Origin: Polyangium jinanense
GTDB lineage: Bacteria; Myxococcota_A; Polyangia; Polyangiales; Polyangiaceae
Reading direction: 5' to 3'
Length of the DNA stretch: 64,000 bases
Assembly: GCF_028435265.1 (NCBI RefSeq)
Contig: NZ_JAGTJK010000012.1
Location: 166,900-230,899 of the forward strand
Part shown: positions 1-10,234 of the stretch, in pieces
How positions within the stretch are numbered: the first letter of the stretch is position 1
Layout: every line of letters starts with the position of its first letter
The notes under the pieces: model-generated
Databases searched by the model: none
Told to the model about the DNA's origin: nothing
The model's input: the letters and a program-made list of their open reading frames with translations, nothing else
Program-made: the position numbers and the translations under genes

Positions 1-279
1 CGAGGCTTTGAGCGGCGCGAGCAGGATGTGCGCGCGGCTATCCGGCGACGTGAGCATCTCGAATCCGTCCTGCGCCGTCGTCGTCCACGTCGTCGGGGCG
101 CGGTACTCCACGAGGCCACACGAGGCCGGTTTGCCGAGCGGCGACTCCGCCAGGGCCTGCGAAAGCGCGGCCACGGCCCCCTCGTCGTCCGCCTCGGGCT
201 CCCGCGCGCAGCCCACGCCGTGGAGCGTCCCGATCGCCACGAACCCGAGTGCCCAGCGAATACCCGTCCCGCGCATCAT
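1..279 (-). CDS. partial CDS running off the window start; N-terminus MMRGTGIRWALGFVAIGTLHGVGCAREPE looks like a lipoprotein signal peptide
   Basis: minus-strand frame is open from tandem ATG at 279/276 to position 1; hydrophobic h-region plus Cys; absent from the ORF table because there is no stop in the window. Confidence 0.35.
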   Translation of the reverse strand, partial: MMRGTGIRWALGFVAIGTLHGVGCAREPEADDEGAVAALSQALAESPLGKPASCGLVEYRAPTTWTTTAQDGFEMLTSPDSRAHILLAPLKAS

Positions 280-305
280 CGATTGTCTCCTGGCCCGGCG
301 CCGCA

Positions 306-1346
306 TCACCATTGCACTTCGACCGAGCCGCTCATGGGCCCGAGCCCCACGCGCACCTGCGTCCCCGGCCCGAGCTTGCCGAAATTGGAGGGAGGCGGCT
401 CCGTGAAATAAAGCGCGATCCCGGTGCCGAGCAACGCGACCCCGACGGGCAGCGCGACATTGCTCATCATCCCCGTGATGGCCGCCGTCTGCTTGGCGCC
501 CACGCCCGTCGTGTTGCAGATTTTGGGGTTCGTGGGGAGGCAATTCTTTTCGATCGGCTCCTTTTGCGCCCACGTGATGATGCCCATCACGAGTCCCCCC
601 GCGATGCCCACCGCGCCGAGCCCCCCGAGCGTGTAGGCCGCGACGCGACGGCCCGAGATCCCACTATCGAGCTTGGGGAACCTCGAGGGCACCGGCTGCA
701 GGGCCGTCGCCGTCTTCGTGGGCTCGCCGGTCTCCGTCGCCGGCGGCATCACGACGTCGATGACCTGGTTTTCCCCCTCCTTCAGTCGGAACTTCGTGAA
801 CACGGAGGGGCGGCCCGGGATCTCGGTCGTGAGCACGTGCTCGCCCGGATCGATCGGGAGCGGGACGCCAATCCTCACCTCCAAGGGCGGACCCCCCTCG
901 AGCGACTTGCGGAGCACGCGCGTCGTCGCCGGGGCGTTGCGCGGGACGCGGAGGATGACCTTGGGGATCTTCGCCTCGAGCGCATGGCGCCGCGCCGAAG
1001 CGGCCTCCTCGTTGTCGCGCTCGGCCTTCTGTTCGAGGTCCGAGAGCTGTTCGAACGCCGTGAGGTATTCGTCGTAGTGCACGGCCGCCGTGGCGATGCG
1101 GCCCCACTTGTCGTAACACGTGGCGAGCCAGAAGAGCGTGGACGGGCGCGGTTCCTCGCGGTAGGCGACCTTGAACGCGGGGCAGGCCGTCACGAAGTTT
1201 CCGGCCTCCATCTCGACGCGCGCCGCCTGGACCGCCGCCGCCTGCGACCCATCGGCCTGCCGCGTGCCCGCGGGCTCGTCCGCCGAGGCACGCGCGGTCA
1301 CCGTGCAAAGAGCGATGCCCGCGAGAAGGAGCGATACCGGACGCAT
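306..1346 (-). CDS. secreted helical (TPR-like) protein with a C-terminal TM-Cx7C-TM membrane module; paralog of 55149..56162
   Basis: ATG at 1346 gives MRPVSLLLAGIALCTVTARA signal peptide (first 57 aa of the ORF are an Arg-rich extension); C-terminus has two hydrophobic helices flanking NCLPTNPKICNTTG; same architecture as the product of 55149..56162. Confidence 0.65.
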   Translation of the reverse strand: MRPVSLLLAGIALCTVTARASADEPAGTRQADGSQAAAVQAARVEMEAGNFVTACPAFKVAYREEPRPSTLFWLATCYDKWGRIATAAVHYDEYLTAFEQLSDLEQKAERDNEEAASARRHALEAKIPKVILRVPRNAPATTRVLRKSLEGGPPLEVRIGVPLPIDPGEHVLTTEIPGRPSVFTKFRLKEGENQVIDVVMPPATETGEPTKTATALQPVPSRFPKLDSGISGRRVAAYTLGGLGAVGIAGGLVMGIITWAQKEPIEKNCLPTNPKICNTTGVGAKQTAAITGMMSNVALPVGVALLGTGIALYFTEPPPSNFGKLGPGTQVRVGLGPMSGSVEVQW

Positions 1347-1543
1347 CGTTTTCGATGTTACAGGCTGATCCGACGGCGGATCAAGAACAATACAAGCGCG
1401 CGGCGGAGGCCCTCGGCGCGGCCGTGGCGGTCGGTCCCGGCGCGTCAGCTTGTCTCGAGCGCGAAACTCTGAGAACGTGGCGCGCGCAGGAGGGCGCGAA
1501 CGTTCATGCCGCGGCAAGCCGGGTGAGGAGGCGCGAGGAAGGT

Positions 1544-2281
1544 ATGGGCAGGGGCATTTCGAGGTTCGGCTGGCTCTCGTTCGTGTTCATGGCGGGATGC
1601 GCGGGGAGCGGGGACGTCGTGCGTCAGGGGGCGCTGCCCACCATGGGCTTCGAGGCCGAGGCCGATCCCGCGCCCGTAGACGCGGAGTCCACGCCACCCG
1701 CGCTGGCGCCCGCGCCGCCCGCGCAGAAAGTGCCGCCCGCGCCGAAAGACCCGCCGTCATTTCGCGCGCCGACGGTTCCATACAGCCTCGGCGTCCTCGG
1801 CCTCGGCGCGGCGTTCATCGTGGCCGGCGGCGTCATGATGGGCGTCGCGGAGACGGCCGACGAGCGGTGCGGCGTCGCCGGTTGTTATGGCGTCCTCGAC
1901 CCGAACCTCGATTTCGCGGGCAGGCTCTTCCTGGCGAACGGCATCGGCATCGGCATCGCCTCCGTCACGGCCACGCTCGTCGGGCTCGGGACCGACGGAA
2001 CACCCACCCCGCGGAAGAGCGACGCATTCACGGAGCGGGGCATCTTCGCGACGGCCCTCGGCGTGGGCCTCGCGTGCACGGGCCTCGCGGCCGCCAGGGG
2101 GGACGATTTCCAGCTCGAAGGTTTGCCGAGCGCGGTGGCCACCGGGGCCTACCTCGGCGCGCTCGCGGTTACGGGCCTGGGCCTCGGTTTCTGGATCTAC
2201 GGCGCGCGCAACGCGCAGGCCCCCGCCGCCGCGTCTTTGCGCGTGGGTCCGACTTCGGCGCAATTCACGGTACGCTACTGA
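1544..2281 (+). CDS. membrane lipoprotein, hypothetical
   Basis: ATG at 1544 preceded by GAGGAAGG RBS; MGRGISRFGWLSFVFMAGCAGSG lipobox; several Gly/Ala-rich hydrophobic segments. Confidence 0.55.
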   Translation: MGRGISRFGWLSFVFMAGCAGSGDVVRQGALPTMGFEAEADPAPVDAESTPPALAPAPPAQKVPPAPKDPPSFRAPTVPYSLGVLGLGAAFIVAGGVMMGVAETADERCGVAGCYGVLDPNLDFAGRLFLANGIGIGIASVTATLVGLGTDGTPTPRKSDAFTERGIFATALGVGLACTGLAAARGDDFQLEGLPSAVATGAYLGALAVTGLGLGFWIYGARNAQAPAAASLRVGPTSAQFTVRY

Positions 2282-2286
2282 TCGCC

Positions 2287-4215
2287 ATGGCCTCGTCCTC
2301 GCCCACCGCGCCTCTCCTCGTCGCTTCCCTGTCCGCGCTCGCGCTCGTCGCTTGCCGCGGCGAGGTGGGCAGCCTGCAGGTCGATTTCCTGAACCCCGAG
2401 GTCGAGCTCTCCACGCGCGAAGATGGCCGCGTGGAGCTCGACGGCGCCTTCGACCTCACGGCGAACCTCGCCCTAGGGAGCGGAGAGGACGAGGCCGAGA
2501 TCTGGCTCGACAAACTCGACGTGACCACGACCGGCGCCCCGTTCACGCCCGTGGTCACCGACCTCCGCGTGCCGAACGGCGATTCGTTGTTCCCGCTCGA
2601 GGCCGAGTTGTATGACGAGACGAAGGTCCGCGTCCCGTTCACGGGCGTGAGCCTGAAGGCGCCCGGTGACGAGCTCGCCTGGCTCTGCTCGATCGGCCAG
2701 CCCATGGAGCTCCAGGGCGCGGTGTACGAGGCCGAAACCGCCACCCTGCAGTCCTATTACGACTCGGCGGCGCAGCTCGAGCGGCTGCCGAACGAGATCA
2801 CGTTTTCCCGCAAGGACGCCGCCGCAAAACCGCTCCCGCCGCGCTTCGTCTCGATCCCCGCGCAGGGCCCGGCCGGCTTCCTCCCAGCGTTCGAGGTCGA
2901 GAACGCGTGGGGCGGGTTCGTCTTCGGCGCCCACGTCGCCAACAATCTGAACCTCGGCGAACGGGTGGTCCTGGCGGACGGCGCCGGCCAAGCGGTGCTC
3001 GTCCGTTTCGATGCGCACGGGAAGGTCGTTTGGGATCGTACGTTCGGCGATGAAGGCGTGGACGGGATCTCGTCGCTTTCGGCGCAGGAAGGCGGCGATC
3101 TCTACGTGGCGGGCCATTTCACGACGCAGATCGATCTCGGCGCGGGCGCGCTCCTGAACACCCCAGGGCAACGCGGGTATTTCGTGGCCCGTATGTCGGA
3201 CGCGGGCGCCGCCGCGTGGAGCGTCGGGCTCGTCGAGGACGCGTTTTTCCCGCTCGAAAATTGTTTGCCGCCCGGTCCGCACATCGCGGCGCGCCCCGAT
3301 GGCGGCGTGAGCTTCGTGAAGAGCCTCTACGGCACGATCCCGTTCCCCGGCGGCCCGGTCGAGGCAACGCCGCCCGCGGACTACTGCTCCGCGGACCTGC
3401 TCATCACCGGATACGACGCCGCGGGCGAGCTGCTTTACGTGCGCCGCTACGGCGACGAGTACGATCAGCAGGTGCTCGACGCCGTGGCCGACGCCGAGGG
3501 CAATACCTGGATCGTGGGTTTGTCCAACGGCGCGCTCGATCTCGGCAATGGTCTGCCGCTCATCGTGGGGCCCATGTCGTCCATGCCGGTGGCGTCGCAG
3601 CTCTTCGTCGCGGCGTTCGATCCACAAGGCACGCCGATCGTCGCGCGGGAGCTCGGGCAGGTCCACGCTCGCCTGGGCTATGAGGTGCACCTCGCGGCGC
3701 GGCCCGGGGGCGGGGTCGTGGTGGCGGGGCCTTTCGCCGGCTTCATCGACCTCGGCTTGGAGGTCGTCACGACGACGGGCGTGGGGGAGGACGGGTTCGT
3801 CGTGGCGCTCGACGGGGCCGGCAAGCAGATCTGGGGGCAGTACTTCGACCAGTCGGCGAGCCCCTTCGCGGAGGCGTTCACGCTCGGCGACGTGGATGTC
3901 GCCGAGGATGGGCGCGTGGTCCTCGCAGGCCGCGCCATGTCGGGCTTCAACGTAAGCGGTCAGCCGCTCCCGGGCGGCACGCCGACGTTTGGCGCAGGCA
4001 TCGGCAGCGCGCTCTTCACGTTCGCCCTCGACCCCGCAGGCGCGCCCCTCGGATATCGGATCCTGTCGTGCAACGCGGGGCTCATGAGCCTCGCCGTGGG
4101 GGCGGGCGAGGTGACGCTCGTGAGCGCAGTCCTCGGGTTCTCCGAGGGCGAACACGGCCTCCTTCCTCGCAACGAGGGCGCCCTCTGGATGGGCCGGCTC
4201 GCGCTTGACCCCTGA
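2287..4215 (+). CDS. secreted lipoprotein with SBBP-type beta-propeller repeats
   Basis: internal ATG at 2287 (MASSSPTAPLLVASLSALALVACRGE lipobox); repeated units such as DAHGKVVWDRTFGDEGVDGISSLSAQEGGDLYVAGHFTT and YDAAGELLYVRRYGDEYDQQVLDAVADAEGNTWIVG match the SBBP beta-propeller repeat common in myxobacteria. Confidence 0.75.
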   Translation: MASSSPTAPLLVASLSALALVACRGEVGSLQVDFLNPEVELSTREDGRVELDGAFDLTANLALGSGEDEAEIWLDKLDVTTTGAPFTPVVTDLRVPNGDSLFPLEAELYDETKVRVPFTGVSLKAPGDELAWLCSIGQPMELQGAVYEAETATLQSYYDSAAQLERLPNEITFSRKDAAAKPLPPRFVSIPAQGPAGFLPAFEVENAWGGFVFGAHVANNLNLGERVVLADGAGQAVLVRFDAHGKVVWDRTFGDEGVDGISSLSAQEGGDLYVAGHFTTQIDLGAGALLNTPGQRGYFVARMSDAGAAAWSVGLVEDAFFPLENCLPPGPHIAARPDGGVSFVKSLYGTIPFPGGPVEATPPADYCSADLLITGYDAAGELLYVRRYGDEYDQQVLDAVADAEGNTWIVGLSNGALDLGNGLPLIVGPMSSMPVASQLFVAAFDPQGTPIVARELGQVHARLGYEVHLAARPGGGVVVAGPFAGFIDLGLEVVTTTGVGEDGFVVALDGAGKQIWGQYFDQSASPFAEAFTLGDVDVAEDGRVVLAGRAMSGFNVSGQPLPGGTPTFGAGIGSALFTFALDPAGAPLGYRILSCNAGLMSLAVGAGEVTLVSAVLGFSEGEHGLLPRNEGALWMGRLALDP

Positions 4216-4244
4216 CGAGACGCGGGGCTTTGCCCCGCACCCCA

Positions 4245-4267
4245 GAAGGGGGCTGTCCGCCCCCTTC
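4245..4267. terminator. perfect 9-bp stem hairpin (GAAGGGGGC-tgtcc-GCCCCCTTC) 30 bp after the stop of 2287..4215
   Basis: inverted repeat read directly; lies between convergent genes; no T-tract. Confidence 0.4.
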
Positions 4268-4298
4268 ACCCCGGACCAGGCACGGCCTGGACCGAAGG

Positions 4299-4323
4299 CG
4301 GAAAAACCGCGCGATGCGCGGTT
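4299..4323. terminator. bidirectional intrinsic-terminator-like hairpin (AAAAACCGCGC-gat-GCGCGGTTTTT)
   Basis: 11-bp perfect stem with A-run on one side and T-run on the other, between the convergent genes ending at 4215 and 4528. Confidence 0.5.
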
Positions 4324-4527
4324 TTTCCGACGGACCAGGGGCAAGACCAGCGACCGGCTTGCCAACCAAGACAGCAGCGCTGCCCGATGTGCTGGGAACG
4401 TCTCCCCTGTCGACAGCGCGCATCGCGCGCTGTCGCCCCGCGTCCAGGGCTTGCCCTGGTCCGGGTCCAGGGGTGGACAACCCCTGGTCGGGGTCCGGGG
4501 TGAAACCCCGGCGCTACGCTCGGCGAT

Positions 4528-5532
<1,005 letters not shown>

Positions 5533-5902
5533 GGTCCGCCCCTGTAACGCGGAGGCGCGTCCGCGTCGAGGGTGGATGGCGGGTTTTTCTTCACACCGTG
5601 CCCTCCGTTCAGGGGGCGCCCCCTCCGCGGTCCGTTCCCGCGGGATGCGAGGGTGCGTAGGTGGTTGTCCTGCTCGCGGGGCCGTGAGCGTGGGCCGGAG
5701 GCCATGACGTCCACCAACGAGGTGGTACGTCCATCTCGCTCCGTGCTCACGATGCGAGGCTCGACGGAGACCTTGCGCCCGTCGACCAGGCTGCACAAAA
5801 ACCATGGAGCGAGCGGCCACAAGGTTCGACAAGCGGCGGGACGAACCCGTTCTTTCTGCATTGTCGTGCTTCCAGAAACCTGGCGCGATCAAAGGAGCTA
5901 CG

Positions 5903-7912
5903 ATGGCAGCCGTTGAACCGATGGCATTGCCCCCGGATTTTAATCCCGAAACCCTCATGCGCAGCACGAGCACCGAGGTGGGGACCTTCCACGAAACTCG
6001 GCTGGCGGCCCGGCTGGCGGCCCAACTGCTTGCCCATGGTGCGGTCCAGGATATCGAGCTTTCGGAACGTATCCTGGTGGCTGTGCTGCGCTGTCAGGAA
6101 CGGGATGAGCGCGACCCCCACTACGGAAACTTCTACTGGATGCGGGAGGATGAGGTCGTCGAGGACCTGAATGCGGTCGAGTTCGTGCTGGAGGCTCTCA
6201 TTCCCATGATGCTCCAACATGGCGACCGGCTCTCGTCTGTGATGCATGACCGGGTGCTGGAGAGCGTTCGGCTGGGTCTGGAAGAGATCCGGCGGCTGGA
6301 TGTGCTGGTGGCTTATACGAACATTGCCGTTCTGGACATTCTCAATACCTGCCTGGGCGGCGAGTTGCTGGGCGAGACGGCGATCGCCGAACGGGGTTAT
6401 GACAAGCTGGTTTACTGGATCGCCTTTACCAACCGTTCAGGCCATCCTTTTGAGTACAACAGCCCGACCTATACCTCCATCACCCTGCGGGCGCTCAAAC
6501 AGTTGGCAGACCTGGTTCAGCACCGGGACACTCGCGTGCGGGCCAGGGCCATGGCTGCCCGGCTGGCGCTGAGCGTGGCCCTGCACCTTCACGCCGGCAC
6601 CGGCCGTTGGGCCGGTCCCCATAGCCGGGCCTACCATTCCACGGTGGTCTGTGAAACGCCGCCGGAGATCGAGCTGGTCCAGAGTTGGATCGCCGAGGGC
6701 ATTGTTCCTCCCTGGATCCAGGCGGTCCTGGAAGGTTTGCCCGCGGTCTTTCAGGTGAGCGAAACCGCGGAGCGCGATCGTGGATTCAGCTTCACCACCT
6801 ATCAGACCCCGACGTTTGCCCTGGGCGTGGCCAGCCAGCTCTACCAGGTTCAATCCAATGTCTGTTTGCTCCATTATCAGCGGCCGGGCGCAACCCGGCC
6901 CGGGGTTCTCTATACCCGTTATATCCTGGATGATAAGTGGTTCGGCGACTTCTACCATGCGACCGACCGGACCAAGCGTCGCAACCTGCTGGATGAAGGT
7001 CTCTTTTGGGGTGTCCAGCGCGAAAATCAGGCCATCGGTCTTTACACGCCGGCCAATATGACCGAAGGCAAGAGCGCCAAAGCCTGCCTGATCTGGTTGG
7101 ACCGGGCGCAGGTCGACGAGCTGTGGGTCGGCGAGCAGCGGGTCGAAAGCCTCCCCGTGCTCGTGTCGCCAGGGCAGGTGATCGTCGTTGGGAGTGGCGA
7201 TGTATATATGGCGGTGCGTCCTTTGACCCAGACCCCTCTGGGCCGGGAAACTCCCCTCGAACTCGTGGAACGGGACGGGGACTTGGTGCTCGAGTCGTAC
7301 AACTACCGGGGGCCATTCAAGCAATTCTGGGAGATGCACTGGCCCGGCTTCTTTTACGAGGGCCGACCCATTTGTTGTTTTTACCTGGAAGTCGCCGAGC
7401 GCCATGCCTATCCGGATGGCCGCGCCTTTGGACGGCAGGTGTTGCGTGGAACCGTGGAGGAGACGCTCGGGCCTCCCTTTACCTACGCAGCGGCAGGCGA
7501 ACGCGTCTATCGGGTTGCCTACCAGCGTGACGGCCAAGCGTTGGGCCTGGAGGTCGAGCTGATGGCCTGGAAACTCAAACGCCGCTGGACAGAAGCCGGT
7601 GAAATCGGCTGGCCCATGCTGGAAGCGCCTTCGGCCAGGCAGACGAATACCGGGCGGGTGGAGCTCGGTGAAGCCAGCCTGGTTTGTGGCCCTGAAGCAG
7701 CCTGGTTATGGGCGAGCCCGGAAAGCGGCCGCTGGGTTGCCGGCTATCTGGGCCTCACCCCGGCCCCCCTCACCCTGACGACGCCCCAGGGGCAGGTCGA
7801 GGTCACGGAGATGGGCACAGGTACCGTGGTCTGGGATCAGGGCCAGGTGACGGTGGAGGCTACCGGAGAGCCGGTGGTCAAGGTGTCCCTCCACCGCGAC
7901 GACCGTCAGTAA
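5903..7912 (+). CDS. hypothetical cytoplasmic protein (669 aa) on a lower-GC segment
   Basis: ATG at 5903 preceded by AAAGGAG RBS; no signal peptide; coding sequence is visibly less GC-rich (many A/T-ending codons) than its flanks; no motif I can name with confidence. Confidence 0.6.
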   Translation: MAAVEPMALPPDFNPETLMRSTSTEVGTFHETRLAARLAAQLLAHGAVQDIELSERILVAVLRCQERDERDPHYGNFYWMREDEVVEDLNAVEFVLEALIPMMLQHGDRLSSVMHDRVLESVRLGLEEIRRLDVLVAYTNIAVLDILNTCLGGELLGETAIAERGYDKLVYWIAFTNRSGHPFEYNSPTYTSITLRALKQLADLVQHRDTRVRARAMAARLALSVALHLHAGTGRWAGPHSRAYHSTVVCETPPEIELVQSWIAEGIVPPWIQAVLEGLPAVFQVSETAERDRGFSFTTYQTPTFALGVASQLYQVQSNVCLLHYQRPGATRPGVLYTRYILDDKWFGDFYHATDRTKRRNLLDEGLFWGVQRENQAIGLYTPANMTEGKSAKACLIWLDRAQVDELWVGEQRVESLPVLVSPGQVIVVGSGDVYMAVRPLTQTPLGRETPLELVERDGDLVLESYNYRGPFKQFWEMHWPGFFYEGRPICCFYLEVAERHAYPDGRAFGRQVLRGTVEETLGPPFTYAAAGERVYRVAYQRDGQALGLEVELMAWKLKRRWTEAGEIGWPMLEAPSARQTNTGRVELGEASLVCGPEAAWLWASPESGRWVAGYLGLTPAPLTLTTPQGQVEVTEMGTGTVVWDQGQVTVEATGEPVVKVSLHRDDRQ

Positions 7913-8520
7913 AAGAATGCCGCGCAGCAACCCTCTTGATTGTCACATTGGCCCGAAGGCTCCGTGCACGTCCCGAGCAGGGAGGTATTCGAGCGGCAGG
8001 CGCACTGCCACGTCCCGTCGGCGAGCCGCGCGCACGACGCGCGTAACTCGCCGACCCCGGCGCAGGTTGTCGCGCTCGTACATGCGTCGGGGGCGTCCGT
8101 GCCGCTTTGCCCCGTGCACGCGGCCGTATCGCTCCGCGTTTGTCCCTGCGCGCAGGCCCGGAACGCGTCCTCTTGGGCCTTGCAGCCGGCCGGCGGCACG
8201 ACCTGCGACGGCATACACGTGAAATCCGCTTTCTGATCCGCCCAGCAGCCGAGCAGGGTTTCGAACGCGCTTTCGCACGCCTCGCCCGCGTCGAGGTAGG
8301 CCGCGCAATCCTCCGCGCAGTCCGCCCACACGAAGCAGTTGATCTGCGAGACGTGATCGCACATCTCGCCGCACCGCGCCGGGGGCAGCTTCGGCTCGCC
8401 GCCGCCGCTGCCGCCCGTGCCGCTCGTCGTGTTGTTGGGAGGGGGCTCCTCCATGCTGCACGCGACGAGCCCCAAGAACGTCCCGAGGACGAGCATTTTC
8501 CAGCCGATACCGATTCGCAT
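7906..8520 (-). CDS. Cys-rich secreted lipoprotein, hypothetical
   Basis: MLVLGTFLGLVACS lipobox, Gly/Ser linker, then a domain with more than 20 Cys; 3' end overlaps the convergent 5903..7912 by 7 nt. Confidence 0.6.
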   Translation of the reverse strand: MRIGIGWKMLVLGTFLGLVACSMEEPPPNNTTSGTGGSGGGEPKLPPARCGEMCDHVSQINCFVWADCAEDCAAYLDAGEACESAFETLLGCWADQKADFTCMPSQVVPPAGCKAQEDAFRACAQGQTRSDTAACTGQSGTDAPDACTSATTCAGVGELRASCARLADGTWQCACRSNTSLLGTCTEPSGQCDNQEGCCAAFFY

Positions 8521-8565
8521 CGGGCGACTATAGGCCGGCGCGGTCGCCCTCGAAAAGCGCGTAGT

Positions 8566-10071
8566 TCAGCGCTTTCGCAGCTCTTCCGGCACGCGGGCGA
8601 ACGTCTCCTCCGCGTCGGCAGCCGCCCATGCAACCGTGGCCACGGCCCCGACGACTTGATCGAGATCCTCCTTCGTGACCTTGTCGAGCGTGTCGTTCGC
8701 CGTGTGGTGCACGTCGAAGTACTTCGTCGCGTCCTGGTGCAGATCCACGATCGGCACGGCCGCGGCGTGCAGTGGGATGAGGTCGGCGCCGCCGTGCGCC
8801 GGGCCCTTGTCGTACTGGATCCCGAGCGGCGAGAGGAGGCTCGCGATCCGCTCGGTCACGGGCCGTGCGCCTTCCGCGACGAGGAACCGCGTCATGTGCA
8901 CGCGGCCCGCGCCGAGATCGATCTCGAGGGCGAGCTGGTGTTTGTCGAGCTCGGCCGCGTGGTCCTTGGCGTACGCGACCGCGCCGCGCAGGCCGTTCTC
9001 CTCGTTGGCGAAGAGCACCACGCGGATCGTGCGCCGCGGCCGCGCGCCGAGGCCGAGCACGAGCCGCGCGGCCTCGACGACGGCCGCGCATCCGGCGCCG
9101 TCGTCGATCGCGCCTTGCCCGAGGTCCCATGCGTCGAGGTGCGCGCCGAGCAGGACGATCTCGTCGGGCTTCTCGCGCCCCTTCACCTCGCCGATCACGT
9201 TCGCGCTCTCGGCGTCGGGCAAGAGCTTCGCGCCGAGCGAGAAGCTCACGCGCACGGGTTTGCCCTGACCGACCAGCCGCGCGATGAGCTCCGCGTCGGG
9301 CACGGAGACCGCGGCGGCCGGGATCTTGGGGACGTCCTTGTCGTAGACCATGCCGCCCGTGTGGGGAAGCCGGTCGTGGTCTGTGCCGATCGAGCGGAGG
9401 AGCACGCCGATCGCGCCTTTCCTCGCGGCGGCGATCGCGCCGCGGTACCGGATCCCGGCGACCTTGCCGTAGCCCGAGCCGTCTTTCGTGCGGGTCGTGG
9501 GGGCCGAGTAGAAGACGATCTTGCCCTTGACCTTGGCCTCGTCCATGGCGGCCATGGCGTCGAGCGACTCGACCATGACGATCTCGCCTTCGAGGCCCTT
9601 CGCGGGCGTCCCGATGCTCCCGCCGAGCGCGGCGATCGCGAGGGTGTGGGCGTACGGCGCGACGATCCGCCCGCTCTCGGCACCACGCTCCCAATGCGGG
9701 ACCATGACCTTTTCGGCGCGCACGTTTTCGAGCCCTTTTTCCTTCATGGTCCGGAGGGCCCAGGCGACGGCGGCCTTGTCCCCGAGCGACCCCGCGAGCC
9801 GCGGCCCGACCTCGTCGACGAGCGAACGAACCATGTCGTACGCATGCGAGTCGACCTGCGCGGCGAGCTGGAGTTTGTCCACGTTCGGATCGCGTGGGAC
9901 GGGGGCAGGCGCGGGAGCGGCAGCGGAGGCGGTCGCGGGCGCGGCGGCGGCAGCGGAGGCGGTCGCGGTCGCGGCGGCGGGCGCGGGGATGCGCTCGGGG
10001 GCCGGGGTTTCCGCGGCCGAGCAGGCCGCGAGCGAGAGCGTGGCGAGGAGGAGTGCGCTTCGGGCGTACAT
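8566..10071 (-). CDS. M28-family peptidase with PA domain (aminopeptidase), lipoprotein
   Basis: LLLATLSLAACSA lipobox; HLDAWDLGQGAIDDGAG and FANEENGLRGA metal-ligand and catalytic regions typical of M28 aminopeptidases. Confidence 0.85.
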   Translation of the reverse strand: MYARSALLLATLSLAACSAAETPAPERIPAPAAATATASAAAAAPATASAAAPAPAPVPRDPNVDKLQLAAQVDSHAYDMVRSLVDEVGPRLAGSLGDKAAVAWALRTMKEKGLENVRAEKVMVPHWERGAESGRIVAPYAHTLAIAALGGSIGTPAKGLEGEIVMVESLDAMAAMDEAKVKGKIVFYSAPTTRTKDGSGYGKVAGIRYRGAIAAARKGAIGVLLRSIGTDHDRLPHTGGMVYDKDVPKIPAAAVSVPDAELIARLVGQGKPVRVSFSLGAKLLPDAESANVIGEVKGREKPDEIVLLGAHLDAWDLGQGAIDDGAGCAAVVEAARLVLGLGARPRRTIRVVLFANEENGLRGAVAYAKDHAAELDKHQLALEIDLGAGRVHMTRFLVAEGARPVTERIASLLSPLGIQYDKGPAHGGADLIPLHAAAVPIVDLHQDATKYFDVHHTANDTLDKVTKEDLDQVVGAVATVAWAAADAEETFARVPEELRKR

Positions 10072-10234
10072 CGCGGGGCGCGAGTTTGGCGCAAGTTGGC
10101 CGCGATGAAAATGGCCGGATCACGCGAGGCGAAAGCCTGCCCCGCGGAGCATCCGGCTTGCCGCGATTCTCGGGAGCATCGCGTTGACCCGGCAAGGACG
10201 TGAGGGTACCCTCGAATCGTCCCAGGACTCGGCC

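Noticed and set aside
2473-4365. 630-aa minus-strand ORF
   Set aside because: Arg/Ala-rich, no motifs, fully antisense to the SBBP lipoprotein gene; typical high-GC shadow ORF.
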